From Isurus oxyrinchus (lineage: Eukaryota), in assembly GCA_026770705.1 (NCBI GenBank), contig JANJGN010000188.1, positions 620,001-684,000 on the forward strand: a stretch of 64,000 nucleotides of DNA, written 5' to 3'. Every line of letters starts with the position of its first letter. The first letter of the stretch is position 1. Made by a program: the position numbers and the translations under genes. Below the pieces are notes generated by a model, which worked only from the letters and a program-made list of their open reading frames with translations, had not been told where the DNA came from and did no database searches. Positions 10,736-22,721 of this stretch are shown piece by piece.

Positions 10736-10808
10736 TGTGCTGTGGTTTGGTGCATGATATCTTGTATCAGTAATGCAGGTGATCCTGAGTTCTAATTTCA
10801 ATGGCGTT
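10736..10808 (+). pseudogene. tRNA-Thr(AGT)-like pseudogene, highly degenerate
   Basis: TGTGCTGTGGTTTGG...TCAGTAATGCAGGTGATCCTGAGTTCTAATTTCAATGGCG versus Thr-AGT ...CTAGTAAACAGGAGATCCTGGGTTCGAATCCCAGCGGTG. A T-run follows, and a paralog lies at 46009. Confidence 0.6.
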
Positions 10809-11719
10809 TTTACTTTTTTCAAATTAACCAGGCAATGAGCTGAGCACTTTTAATCAGGGGAAAGTATTTAGAATATTGTGTGAATATAAAGAAGAACAAT
10901 AGTATCGGAATTCCCTTTAAACCGAGTACACACAGTTGTGCTGAAGCATCTTTTCCTCTTCAGATCATTCTAATGAACGAATGGGTTTGTCTGGTTAAGT
11001 GAATGATAACCGCTTCTGGCTCAGAGCAGAAGTTATACAGGAAATCCCATTTTCTTATGCTCTTTGACCTTGATCTGGCGCACACACCTTCACAAAGAGG
11101 GATATAATGGATTAAGGGATGTCTCAAGGGATTTGAGAAGTAATTCTGGCAAAAAAAAACAATGCTTTTAAGGCATCTCCATCAACTACAATTTATTTCA
11201 GTATTTTTTGTTCCCCTGTTTCATGCCTACTGGAAACTGTCCTTGACATGAATCTCAGTGAAACAGAGGGTGACCTTGTGATATCTGTCAACGTGTCGGA
11301 GAAGCGGATTGGGCCACTGTGGAACCCTTTCAACAGCGACTGGAATTGGACCTCACAGTAGGATTGTTGCGATTCCCGGAATACATTGACAGCTTTTTAT
11401 TATTGCTTCGTGGATGTGACAACCACTGTGAAAGCCAGTATTTATTTGTGGAGCTTCCTTCTCCAGTCAGTGTTTAATTGTCCACCACTACTCACAACTA
11501 GATGTGGAAGGCCTGCACAGTTTATGTCTGATCCGATGCTTATGGGGTCACTTCAAAAGTCTGAGAGGGCAGGAGTCAAAGGTTTTCACGACACTAAAAC
11601 CAAAGAGTGTTGTAATGGGAATAAGAGAAACAAGATTTGTAGAAGGCTCTGGTTCAGCCTCAGCTGGTGCATCCCACCCGGTTCTGTTCGCTTCTCTTTC
11701 GGAAGGATGCGAAAATGTG

Positions 11720-12205
11720 AAGGATGTTGGAAGGAGGGCAGAAAATGTTCACGAGAATGTTTCCTAGGATGAGGAGCTTCAGTTGTGAGGATAGATTGGA
11801 GAAGTTAGGACTGATTCCCTGGGAGAAAGGAAGGTTGAGAGAAGATTTGCTAGAGGGATTGAGCATCACGAAAGGTCTGGAGAGGTTGGAGGGGAAGCAA
11901 GTGTTCCCATCCGTGAAATGATCAAGTTCGAACTAGCACAGTTGTTTAAAAAAAACAAAAGAGACACGACGAAAAAAAACCACATTTCTTTCTCGTGGAA
12001 AGTGGTTAAGTTCTCGAATGCACCACCTGACAGTGTGGTGAAGGTAGGTTCAAGGGAATCATAAAGAGCGGAGTGAGACTGCTATCTCGAAATGAAGACC
12101 GCCAATACTGGGAGAAGGCGGGGAACGGCACTAAGTGAATTGCTCATTCAGACACGATTGATCGAATGACCTTCTCCTGTGTTGTAATATTTCCAAACCT
12201 TTGTG
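11720..12205 (+). mobile_element. CR1 LINE 3' end (paralog 46985-47505)
   Basis: QKMFTRMFPRMRSFSCEDRLEKLGLIPWEKGRLREDL is the CR1 ORF2 C-terminus, and a CR1 3' tail follows. Confidence 0.9.
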
Positions 12206-12209
12206 ATTG

Positions 12210-12465
12210 TGGGAGTATAATAAGGAAAGTGAAGTTGTGTCCAGTTGAGGTGTGATTGGAGACACAGCAAAGGCCCGCATGTAACATGGAGAATAAAGAA
12301 AGAAACGTCACAAACCAAACCAACAAGAAGAAAAAAAAATACACTCTCGAAACAACATTGAGGCAGATATTAGGATCAAAATTTGTTGAACTCAACGTTG
12401 AGACCAGAAGGCTGTAGATTACCCAGTTCGAAGTTGATCTGTTGTTCCTTGAATTTTGTTGCTCT
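12210..12465 (-). mobile_element. Penelope-like element 3' fragment (GIY-YIG C-terminus)
   Basis: Minus strand encodes KFKEQQINFELGNLQPSGLNVEFNKF, the Penelope GIY-YIG C-terminal motif. Paralog at 47510-47750. Confidence 0.75.
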
Positions 12466-13019
12466 TAAGGCCATTTAGTCCCTAGAACATGTTCAATGAT
12501 GTTGTGTCTGATTGGTGACTATCGCCATATGCTCGCCTTTGCCCCATAGCCCTTAATATCTTCTACCAAAGCTCTTGCATTCTTAGAGTTAAAATACAAC
12601 AATCGATCAAGGATTAATTTCCTTGTACTGAAGAGAGTCCTGAAGTTCTGCGACCCTTTGTGCATAGAATTGTTTCCTAATTTCCATGCTGGAACTCCTG
12701 GCTTGAATATTTTCACTGTGGACCTTAATTGGAGATTCCCAGGAAACTGAAATAGGTCTTGGATTGATTTTCTGTTTCCCTTAGCATTCCAGAATTGTGG
12801 ATCAAATCAGTGCAAAAATCACGGGGGAGAATCCGTTACAGGGGTAGCCACTGTCTTCAACAAAGAGCTGCATTTTAGTGTCCGGAATTGAGGGACGTTC
12901 GGACGAAGCTGTAGCGGCAGACTTGCGGAGCTAGAAAGCTGAAAGATTGGCGGAGAAGAAATTGAGAGGAATATGAATGACGTTCAAGATTTTTTCCAAA
13001 ATGCTTTCAGATTGTAAAG

Positions 13020-13480
13020 GAAAGTAGTACAGACACTGGAAATCCTAAGTGAACAGAAAATTGTGGAAATATTCAACAGTTCATAAAGCATCTGTGGAGA
13101 CCCAAGGCGAACTGTTCAGGTCGATGATTTTTTTTATCAAAATGGAGGAAAGATGTAAATGTAACAAGGGTTTAAACCAGTGGAGTGCGGGTGGAGGTTG
13201 GATGTGCAAAAGAGAATGTCAATGAGGGTAGAGAGCAGGAGGAGAGTTTCCATGGTTACAAACAAATTGTAGTGGCTGTAGGAAAGAAATAAAAAAAGAG
13301 GTGTCCATCTGAGTTTGTGAATGGCTGCTAAGGCACGGTCTGAATGTAACATGAGGGAGTAAAGAAAGAAACGTGACCAAAAAATATTGAGGCAGATGTT
13401 CTGATCTAAAATTGTGTTGAGTCCAGAATGCTGTTTCCTACCCAGTTGGAAGGTCAGGCGCTGTTCCTTGACCTTTACTC
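13020..13480 (-). mobile_element. Penelope-like element 3' fragment with terminal repeat
   Basis: GIY-YIG C-terminal remnant at 13410-13475 plus a terminal repeat (ATCGACCTGAAC...CTCCACAGATGCT on the minus strand). Paralog at 48300-48775. Confidence 0.7.
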
Positions 13481-13995
13481 TTGTTGAGACCCTTTATTCG
13501 CTGGAGCATGTTCTGTTTTTTTCTGTTTGTTTGGTGACTATATCTTCGATTTTCCCTCATATTTCGTAATAATCTCTTTGAAGAAAACTCTTTGAATCTC
13601 AGATTTCAAATAAATCATTGGGTGAAACATTTATTGCCGAGTAGAGAAATTCTAGCTCCCTTTGTGTTTAGAATTATTTTCCCATTCCCACAGGGAAATC
13701 TCTGGCTTTAATTCTTGGACTGTGACACTGGGTCAGTGGCAGTAGTTTATGGACTGATCTTACCCATTGAACATTATAAAAAATATGTACTGAATCCCTC
13801 CTGCCATCAGGAGGAAAGACTTCAGTTTTGGGACAGTCAGTGGGTTAAATGTAGGCGCTGAGCTGCGGTTTAGTGACAAAAATTGAGGAAGTTTAGGAGG
13901 GAGTTCAAGGGCCAAATAGAGTTAGAATAAAAGAAAACGAAAGATTGGCGAGGAGGAACAGAGAGGAATATGAATAGCATTCACTATCAGATTTT

Positions 13996-14115
13996 CACAG
14001 AATCACAGAATCACAGAGCAGAAGAGGCCCTTTGGCCCATCGAGTCTGCACCGGCACGTGAGAAGTGCCTGATTCTACCTATCTAACCCCATTTACCAGC
14101 ACTTGGCCTATAACC
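13996..14115 (-). mobile_element. Short CR1 3'-tail insertion specific to copy B
   Basis: (CACAGAAT)n octamer tail plus GGCCCTTTGGCCCATCGAGTCTGCACCGGC. It sits at the junction where copy B lacks the tRNA-Asp segment. Confidence 0.75.
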
Positions 14116-15584
14116 TTTTCCCAAAGTAACCAAAGTAAAGAAACCTAGTGTTAGCTTCTCACATTCACAAATGAAACTGAAGAGGTGGGTTCAGTGTGGT
14201 ACTGTAGGGGTGCCGCCTTCCTTCAGTTACATCAGAGGCGAAGATGAATGGATACCTTCTCTCAGTGAACTCACTGTGTTTCAATTAGAATCTGGATTTA
14301 TAATGCTTAATAACCCAAAAAATGGCATAATTGTTGAATAAAAAAATTGAGTTGCCCCCTGGTCAGGACAATTCTTCGTGAGACTAGTGGCTCCATTTCT
14401 CAATGCGAAAATGTGCTAATAGTGAAATCTGCACATTTAATACTCACAACAAACTTGGAGGAGAGCAGCCAGTGTCGGCGATCGCCAGGCTTCTGATTTA
14501 TTTCTCTATTTCAATTTATTTATTTCAGGATTATTGTTTGTCTCAGCTTCCCCGCCATATGCGTGAAACAGGCTGGCCGGCAATAGGCAGTTTAACATTT
14601 ATCCCATTTTTTTGAATCTGGATGTAACATTTTCAATCATCCACTCTTCTGGAAGCAATGGGTGACTCTGTCTCTCTCTCTCACCAAACTTTTGATAGTT
14701 ACCTGCCCTTCTGTCTCACACATTTTCACAATTGCACTTTGCAGTTTTATATATAATTGATTGTTTTTACAATTATTGTCATTTGAGTGAGTCGGATTTA
14801 TGAGAACACTGTATACAATATAAATATGATGAATAACTGTGCATTATAGTTATGTGGATGAACGTTGCTTCCAGTATTCCAGATGCAATTAATTTTGAGC
14901 TCGCTATCTGTGTCAGGAGGGTACAGAACACATTTGTATGGCGGGCTGCCGGTGATCTCCAGTCCAATGTTTGTCGCAGAAACTGTGTGTAGTGACTTCA
15001 GTCTGGCTCGAATTGTTTAGATAACAATTTACTTTTGATTTATCAGATTGCTAATCCAGTTGCATTACAAGAGAGAGATGCCATCCAATTGGCATAAACC
15101 CTGGTCCCACTGATCCACTGCTTGTGAGCATGTTCACGGGAAAATCAAGATTGAGGGCATGATGTGACCTCTCAGTGTGACCTAAGTTCACAGCACGGAG
15201 AGACAATTCCACAAGTATTCAGCCCCTTTTCAACTTCAGGCCTGCTGTCGAAGCCACCATTACCCTTCAAGAGATCAACATTGTGCCACATGACCAGCAG
15301 ATTTCCAGGATTCACATCTTCAATGGAAAGAATAAAGTCACACATTGCTCGATATTTCTACCCAGAAAAATCGAATGGCTATAAATTCAGCAGTTAAGGG
15401 GTGGGGATGGTTAAAAAGGGGTAGGATTGATACACATTCATTGCATGACATCCAAATGCAAATCTCTACCAGGGTTAGGTATGGTCAGTTCCAAGTTCAC
15501 AGTTCACCGTTTTCAGGTCCCTGAAACAATACATCATAATGTGCAGCAATCATACACTGTAGTGCAGTGTCCTTACTCAACTGC

Positions 15585-16340
15585 TCAATTGAGCCCGCGC
15601 CTCTCGTTCTCTGTACGCAGGTTACCATTCTCCTGCCTCAGGGTTTCCATTTCACCCAAAGTCTCTCGTAGGGCCAAGTGCGATTGTCCATCTACCACAC
15701 CTCGGAGTCTGTCCCCTGTTATGTATGGAGTTGGGTAAAATGGTGTTGGATCTGTGATGCTGGGCAGTCCTTGTCCATTTAGCACCCATGTATGTTCGGT
15801 TGTTACCAAGTGAAGCTCAGCCTCTTTTGGCTGCGAATGCAGCTGGTGAGCAGCTCTGTGCCTCATTGGCCTGATGTGGCTGTTTTCATTCTGACTGAGG
15901 GTAACGTTGAGCCTCAGCCTGATGCTGCCTTTCCTCTTCCCTCTGGCTGGCTCACTCAGCTCCTTTCCGCTGGCACTGTGTGCAGTGCCCGTTATCATCA
16001 ATGCTGATCATTGCTCGGTTCCATTGGTGGGGGTTGACACGTTTCCAGCTGTGGGTGGTTCCTCCTGCTCCTCGTCCTCCAACTTGGCAATTATTCCTGC
16101 ACACAGCATTCGGCTAGTCTCCAACCCAGGCCCGGGTGAATAACACTGTTTCCCCTTTCCCTGTGGAGGGCCACTCCCAGTGTCATGGAGTCCAGTGGCA
16201 GGGGGCTGCACACTGTCCTTGGTCATCACATTCCTCACCTTCTGTGCGCTCGCTCCTGTAGCACAGTCAGCAGCAGCGTCCAGCTGCAGGTCAACAGCTC
16301 CTTCCTTAACTCTGCAAAATTAATATTGCAATGTCCCAGA
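15585..16340 (-). pseudogene. BEN gene relic, large internal exon, copy B
   Basis: ORFs 16008-16238 and 15585-16001 are in the same frame, separated by one TGA (~218 codons together). They end in coiled-coil-like LRETLGEMETLRQENGNLRTENERR. Confidence 0.55.
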
Positions 16341-16707
16341 AATCAGTCACCTCACAATGAATACGATTGACTAAAAGTTTCTTTATATCATGCTTATCGC
16401 AGATATTAGTATCTGAATCTTTAACAGTGCAATGGTCACTGCCTTGGGCTGCGCTGTGTAGATAAGAGCATAAATCATGTGCCTTAGTTCATTACGAAAT
16501 GATCAAGTTTGTCCTGTAGACACTCGCATAAATGGAAGTATTGAAGAAACAATTGTGCAGGCTGAATTTTAAACATTTTTCTGCTCAGTTTTACATTCTA
16601 ACTTGTTTGGCATGGTCCCAGGCCTATTTATTTGTTTAGTTTCACCCTGTCAAATGGGCTCCAGTTCAGCTTCTATGCGCTATAACAGAAGAAAATAAAA
16701 ATCCTAC

Positions 16708-16929
16708 CACTTACATTCAAAGTTTTCCCGAAGAACTTCCCTCTTCCCTTCCATTTGACCAAGCCCATCCAACCTTCCTCTCTATCCTTCTGCTCACTCA
16801 TGGCAGACAGCGGTTCATCCTGGTCAGCAGCTCCGTGATCCAGAAAACCAGACATAACTTTCGGCTCGCTGCGGCTCGCTCTGCTGGGAGCGCCGAACTC
16901 CCGGCAGCAATAAGGTCACTAAAATCCAT
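16708..16929 (-). pseudogene. BEN gene relic, first coding exon, copy B
   Basis: ATG at 16929. MDFSDLIAAGSSALPAERAAASRKLCLVFWITELLTR/(1-nt deletion)EPLSAMSEQKDREEGWMGLVKWKGRGKFFGKTLNVS, then a gtagga donor. Confidence 0.55.
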
Positions 16930-19900
16930 TTGAGAGGCCCTGATATGGCTGTAACAGATGATAATAAAAGCGGAGAAGTGTGGTAAGAAGCAACTGATGG
17001 AGTGAGAATTGTCAATGACAGAAAGGACTGAAAATTAGTGGCGGGAAGCAAAAACATCTGGGAACACTTAATGAGAAGAATTTGGGTGACTGTACCATAT
17101 TTTGTGATCTCGATTGGAATGCAAATGTTTCTAGGCCATTTTTAGCTGGATATAATTATTAGACTTCAAGCAGGTAAAAACAGTCTGTCTACTCTTGACT
17201 GGGAAACAGTCTGTCCACTATAAACGTAGTTGAAGAAAACATCTCTCTATGTCCGGAGATAGTACGGAGAAATGTTGCAAACTATTATAATGTTTGAACA
17301 AATATCGAGCAGCATTTGAAGAGGCTCCTACAGTTGAGATTAAAATATGTAGCGAGGAACATCTCCCGAATGTGCTGGAGATATTGCAGGTCCCTTTGTG
17401 ATGAGGACTGGCCTGTGGTCATTTTTTTTTTGCCCTGCATCGAGAAAGCAGAGAGTCCAAGTTCTAGCCCAGGTAGCACGATGCAGGCTGACTCAGCACA
17501 GGGCCGAGTACTGCATTGCCAGAGGCCTCATCGTGTGGATGAGGTTCCAAATTACAGTAGCCATGTACCCCACCTCCGTAAAGATCACGTTCCAAGTTAA
17601 AAGCAGAGAATTATCTTACCTTGAAGTATCAAGTTAATGGACCATTTATTTCAAAGAAAATCCGAAGAAAAACACGATGTTTGCCTCAAGCCAATTCTTC
17701 CCCCCACCCCCTCACTGCTCACCCCTGCCCCCACAAACCCACCCCCCCACCCCCACCGCCGGACCCTCTGAAGCCAACGCCATGCTAGCCTAGCTTCCAT
17801 CTTCCCACCTCCTATATTCGTGCTGGCCTCACTCCCCCCTCCCCATTTCTATGCTAGCCTGCCCACCCCTTCCCCAGAAACTCCATTATAGGCCCCAATC
17901 TCTCTCATTCTCGACCCCACTCACTCCTGATCCATATGGCGCTGTTCCACTTACCGATCAGAAGCAGTAACGTGGCATACACCAGCACAGGAAATGGAAA
18001 TACACCTGGGAGCAGCAGGTACTGAGGAAGTGGCCTCGGGACCACACAATGGATTTTTAATGTGTCCACCTTTGTGCGGCTGGGAGGAGCAAAGTCCACC
18101 CCTCCATTACCCACCTTCCAAGCTATAGGCTGCATTCCCACTGCCTGTCCAGGTGCAAGAGGCGATGAGATGATGGTTGGAAAACCATCAATGCGCAGGG
18201 ATGCGGGGAGATAGCAGTAGAATGGACCTTGTTGAAATGCTTATATTTCAAAATACTTCCTTGATTGTGATTCACTCTGCTATTACTTTCAAACTTTACC
18301 AGGCAGGCATAATTCCCCATTCACAACAATCCTTGAGCAGAAACATTTCTAAAAGCGACACATGAGACTTGAACAACCGTCAAAGTTGATGGGGAAGTAA
18401 GGATCAAACAAATGGAGGTAGGAAAATTAGTTGTGAAGGGGATGGAAGGATATAGATAGGTTACGTGATTAGAGATGACAAATGGGGTGTAAAGTAGGAA
18501 AATGTGAGTTCGACCATTTTGGCAGGACAAACAAAAAAGAGGCACATGGAATAAACGGTGAGAGATTGCAGAACTCGGAGTTAGAGGGAACTGTGTGTCC
18601 TAATGCATGAAATATTTTGTTCCTTTCTGCTGTTAAACTGTCCAAAGCCATTGCAATTCGGAAACTCCAGAGTGCCAAAATGGTTGTTCTTGAAAACGGC
18701 TTCATTCACTGAAAAAGCCTCAGTTTCGTTTTAAACCTCTTTCACTTCTGCACTGGTCACGCTGTCTCATCCATTCGCTGACACGCTCTCTTCTTTTCGA
18801 CTGAAATCTCAAAATCAACTCAATCTTCCCGTTTTATTCTCACTTCAGAGCTAGCAGCAGAGTGATCCTATGGCAGGGAAATCATTTTGTTTCACACAAG
18901 AGGGGCACAGAAATCAGGCACTGAGAGCAGACACAGAAGCACAGGGACATCATTTAAACCCGCCAGCCCCTTTCACACTCTCTGTCCTGCATAATGTTCA
19001 CGTTTGCACATTCACAGGACAAACCTCCCCCAGACTGACATTTCCTGGGATAGGCTTCCCACTCCGCTCGGCCTCTGCTATGTATTCTCCAGGGTTATTT
19101 ATAGTTTTGCAGCTCTGTTCACGGTGTCCCCAGATTCAGGGGCTGAAACGCATCATAGCTCTGGCTGGATTAAGACAGGTCTAATTTTACATTATTAGAT
19201 GATTCAAAATCAGCAATATGTTTAATTAATATGGAAATACAAATGTTGTGCTCTGGCCCTTCAGTAAGCATATCCCACGTTGTTTTATAGGGCAAGGGAG
19301 AAAAGTGAGAGAGGACGGAGTAAAAGATAAAGTCAGAGTGAGTTCAGGCAATGAGACACAGACAGTCAGGCAAAGTATCGATTGCAGAATACATTGTTCA
19401 ATCCAGTTTTACGAAGGTACAATTGGAATGGTAGAAGTTGCTGTCTCATTTCTCACTGATATTTTACTGGAGAAAAATACATTATTAATCACACACTCAG
19501 GGCCAGTGCCAGAGAGTGATCCAAAGCCTCATATTATTGCCCATTTCCCCTGTTGTAATCTCTGCAGTCTTGCAGGACATGATTGCTAGGTATTGCTCTC
19601 AGTCACGGAGTGGTTCACTTCGATTAAATGAATCTGGGGTCTCCCTGTCAGATATTAACTATTGCACGGTCCCAAGAAATCACTACCTCCCTCATTCCTC
19701 CCATGTTTCTGCAGGATTGCTTTGTGAAGATGGGCTCGTGAACAACAAATCCCCTGCAGGGAATGATGCCAATTTAGAGTTGGTAAAGCTTCAAGCCCCT
19801 CACTTTTCAATGATCTGTGAACGTTTCCCAATCCCAATCCTTTGGCTCAGATAATGATCTAAGTGAATTGCAGAAAAAGTTGATTCTAGTTGCTGATTTA

Positions 19901-19959
19901 CAGCAGAAAACTGCACATGAGTTACTTAGTGCAACCCGAACGCTGATTGTTCGTGAGTC

Positions 19960-20170
19960 AGAGACTGACAAATACAGAATCAATACCACACTCACAGGTA
20001 GTAAGTGAGACTGATATTTACATAACTAATCCCACAATCACAGATAGTACCAGAGACTGACATTGATAGAACGAATCCCACAATCGCAGGTAGCATCAGA
20101 ATCCATTCCACAATCACAGATAGTGCCAGAGTCTGATATTGATAGAATCAATCCGCACTCAGATGAATAG
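19960..20170. repeat. Degenerate ~46-bp minisatellite, copy B
   Basis: Same unit as 7822-8095, ~5 partly truncated units. Confidence 0.8.
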
Positions 20171-20803
20171 TGAAACATTGCAGGATTACAGAGAGCAGCA
20201 TTCGGTGAATTGCTCTTTCAGAGGGCCAGCACAGAATGGACAGCCCGAATAGCCTCTTTCTGTGTTGTTGATATTCCATGATTCAAATGGAAAAAAAGAA
20301 CTGGAAGAACTTAGTAGCTCTGGCAATTTCGACGTTCCGATATCAGGTCTATTCGTTAAAACTTCATTCGACCTGAAGTGTGAATCCTCCTTTCCTCTCT
20401 CCACAGATACTGTCGGAGCACAGATGAGTATTTCAGCAAATACAGTCATTATTTCAGATTCCCAAATTGAGCAGTGTCTCGCTTTTTGAACAATAAAAGA
20501 ATCCCTGTGCAGGAATCCATATTCAAATAAGAAATGGGAAACAACAGAGGAGAAAAATTCATATAATCGGCGAATTTTACTAAATCTTAGTCATTCTATC
20601 CTGACACCATACCACAGTTCAAGAAAACCTTTCATTATCAGCAACAAGGAATAAACCTAAGCTACATTTTAAATGGATGAGACGTGGAGGTTGGAAATAT
20701 GTTTTTTATAAAAATAAACCAGCTCGTATTTTTGGAAGTTTCACCAAATCAGATGAAATTTAGCTGCGAACTTCATATCTCAGGGGTTTAGAAATGAACA
20801 GAC

Positions 20804-20875
20804 TGCGGCGGCCGAGAACCGAACCCGGGTCAATTAATTAGAAGGGAGCTATGTTTACCACTATACCCCCATCAC
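20804..20875 (-). pseudogene. tRNA-Gly(TCC)-derived pseudogene (anticodon now reads TCT)
   Basis: Reverse complement GTGATGGGGGTATAGTGGTAAACATAGCTCCCTTCTAATTAATTGACCCGGGTTCGGTTCTCGGCCGCCGCA. Positionally paralogous to 8732-8804. Confidence 0.85.
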
Positions 20876-21353
20876 TGGCTGCCCAGGGCACAATGGCCTG
20901 GAAAGTTCCAAGCCTCTTAACAAGAGAGTTGACATAAAAAAAAAGCAAAGTTAATGTTGAGCCACAAAGGGATATATCACATGGATCAAAACAATTGTAT
21001 CCTCCCCCTCCTATTCCAGATTCATCTCCAGCCTTAAAACGGACATTTTGCGGGCAGCAGGACTTTCAGCTCTTAGCTCATGCTGCAAAGATTAGTATCT
21101 ATATGCCTGACTATGCTGTCCTCTTCTACAGCTAATTTCAATTCTTTTACTCTGCCTCGTGGAATGAGACCCTTTAGGTGTGCATTCATCCACGGTATAG
21201 TCACTGCTGTCTTTTATGTAAGCTGCAAGCAATTAATTCCTGTTGGACAAGCACAAGGGCTGAGGCTCGTCCAATGCTACTTGCTGGATCCAGTTACTTG
21301 CCTCACTTGTAGTCACACCCTCCTGTCTTTGACCGCGCACCAATTCTGAAGTA

Positions 21354-22670
21354 TGTACGGTTATCATACTTAATGTTCTAATCCTGTCACTTGAAGCGCA
21401 TGCTCTAGTTATAAGGTTCTTTTATTAGTTGGGAGAAATGGTGATGCAATATTATTAAGCATATAAAATAATTGGTTTCCACCCATGTGGATGGAAGGAA
21501 AATTAACTTTGTGCCTGTGTTCTCTGGGTTTTGTGACTAAACCAATGTTAAGAACGACTGTCTCCATATTCTTCCTTTATTCAGGGAATGAGTATCAAAT
21601 CGCACCATGGTTCCAGAGAATGAGCGGCGAGCTGTAGTGGCTGTAAGGTGAATAAGCATTCTTTGTATCTATTTTTGACAAACGTATTACTCCAGGAAAT
21701 CTCTGGTGAAAAATGGCTGAAGCCAGAAGCGACTTTTCAACCTTTGATTGCAACTGATTTTTCGGTTATTTGAACGGTAGAAGCAACGGAAAATGAGGTG
21801 GAAATGAGCACTCGAGTTACCACGTTTTCCAAGAGGAAGAAGGGCACCGCTTTGAATTCGGCAGCAGCAGGAAGCAATAAGATTAGGAGTCAATTATTTT
21901 TGGAGCTGGTTTGGACATTAAGGAGGGACTAAGTCTTCTGTGACAATTGGTGGTTAGGTTTTATATTGAAGGTGATTTGTTAGAAGACTACGTAGCGTGG
22001 TCAACGTCTGATAAATTTGCGATGACAGACCATCAGTCCATGGACCAGTATTTTCTAGAGTTTAATAGGTGTTATCAGAGATCGACAAAGTTTGCCCTAG
22101 ATGTTCCGAGTCTGTGTTTCTATTAAAATTACGAGACTGTACCCAAATTTCACATATTTCTAGAACTGACGGGGTTTCCATTTCACGGAGGAGACTCTCT
22201 TAGAACAAATGGCGACCTTCCTAAAAAGAAGGCGGGAATTCATTCATTTCCGACCACGACCATTTTCAGTTCAAATGCAGACGCTTCTGCATTGATTAAA
22301 AGTATGGAGGCCTCCATGATTGCTGAATTTGGAGATCGACTGAACGTAGGTGCTGGCATCAGTGCAACTACAGAGTTGCTGATAGGCAGACTGAAGGTTG
22401 TTGCTCTTTTAGCCAATTTTGGAATCTGAGCAAAGGTGGGCCTCGAATGGCAGTGGAGACGATTGGCCCCTAGAAATTCATGGGGAATGATCAAACGTTG
22501 CTTGTTGTGATTCCCAATATATTGTCCAAAGCTGAACAATCAAGTCTTTTAGGCAACGTGTGGAATGGAGACGACCGACGTTGAGTATGATGATGACTGG
22601 CCTGAGAATTTGTATTGGTTGATAGAAGATTTAGGCAGAGATGAGCGTTTTGGTAGATGTGCGGTGCTGC
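21354..22670 (+). mobile_element. Ty1/Copia LTR retrotransposon relic (GalEa-like): 5' LTR, PBS, gag, start of protease
   Basis: Candidate LTR TG..CA at 21354-21607 and PBS TGGTTCCAGAGAATG (degenerate tRNA-iMet complement TGGTAGCAGAGGATG). Gag NEVEMSTRVTTFSKRKKGTAL...KIRSQLF...DLLEDYVAWSTSDKF...QSMDQYFLEFNRCYQR, a degenerate knuckle KRC..CDSQY..CPK, then CAVL at the protease start. Confidence 0.7.
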
Positions 22671-22721
22671 AGGGCGATACCAGATTCTGCCTCGCATATT
22701 CACATGTTTTGCGGTGTAGAG

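Larger units (their letters stand above)
10180..20980. repeat. Segmental duplication copy B (tRNA-Thr, BEN 5' exons, tRNA-Gly; lacks tRNA-Asp, BEN-domain exons and H3.3)
   Basis: 10180-13990 aligns to ~45500-49300, 14130-15050 to ~50050-51210, and 15050-20980 to 3000-8890. Confidence 0.9.

Noticed and set aside
20804-20875. Gly-to-Arg anticodon-switched functional tRNA
   Set aside because: The anticodon stem and other stems are unpaired, so this is plain pseudogene decay.
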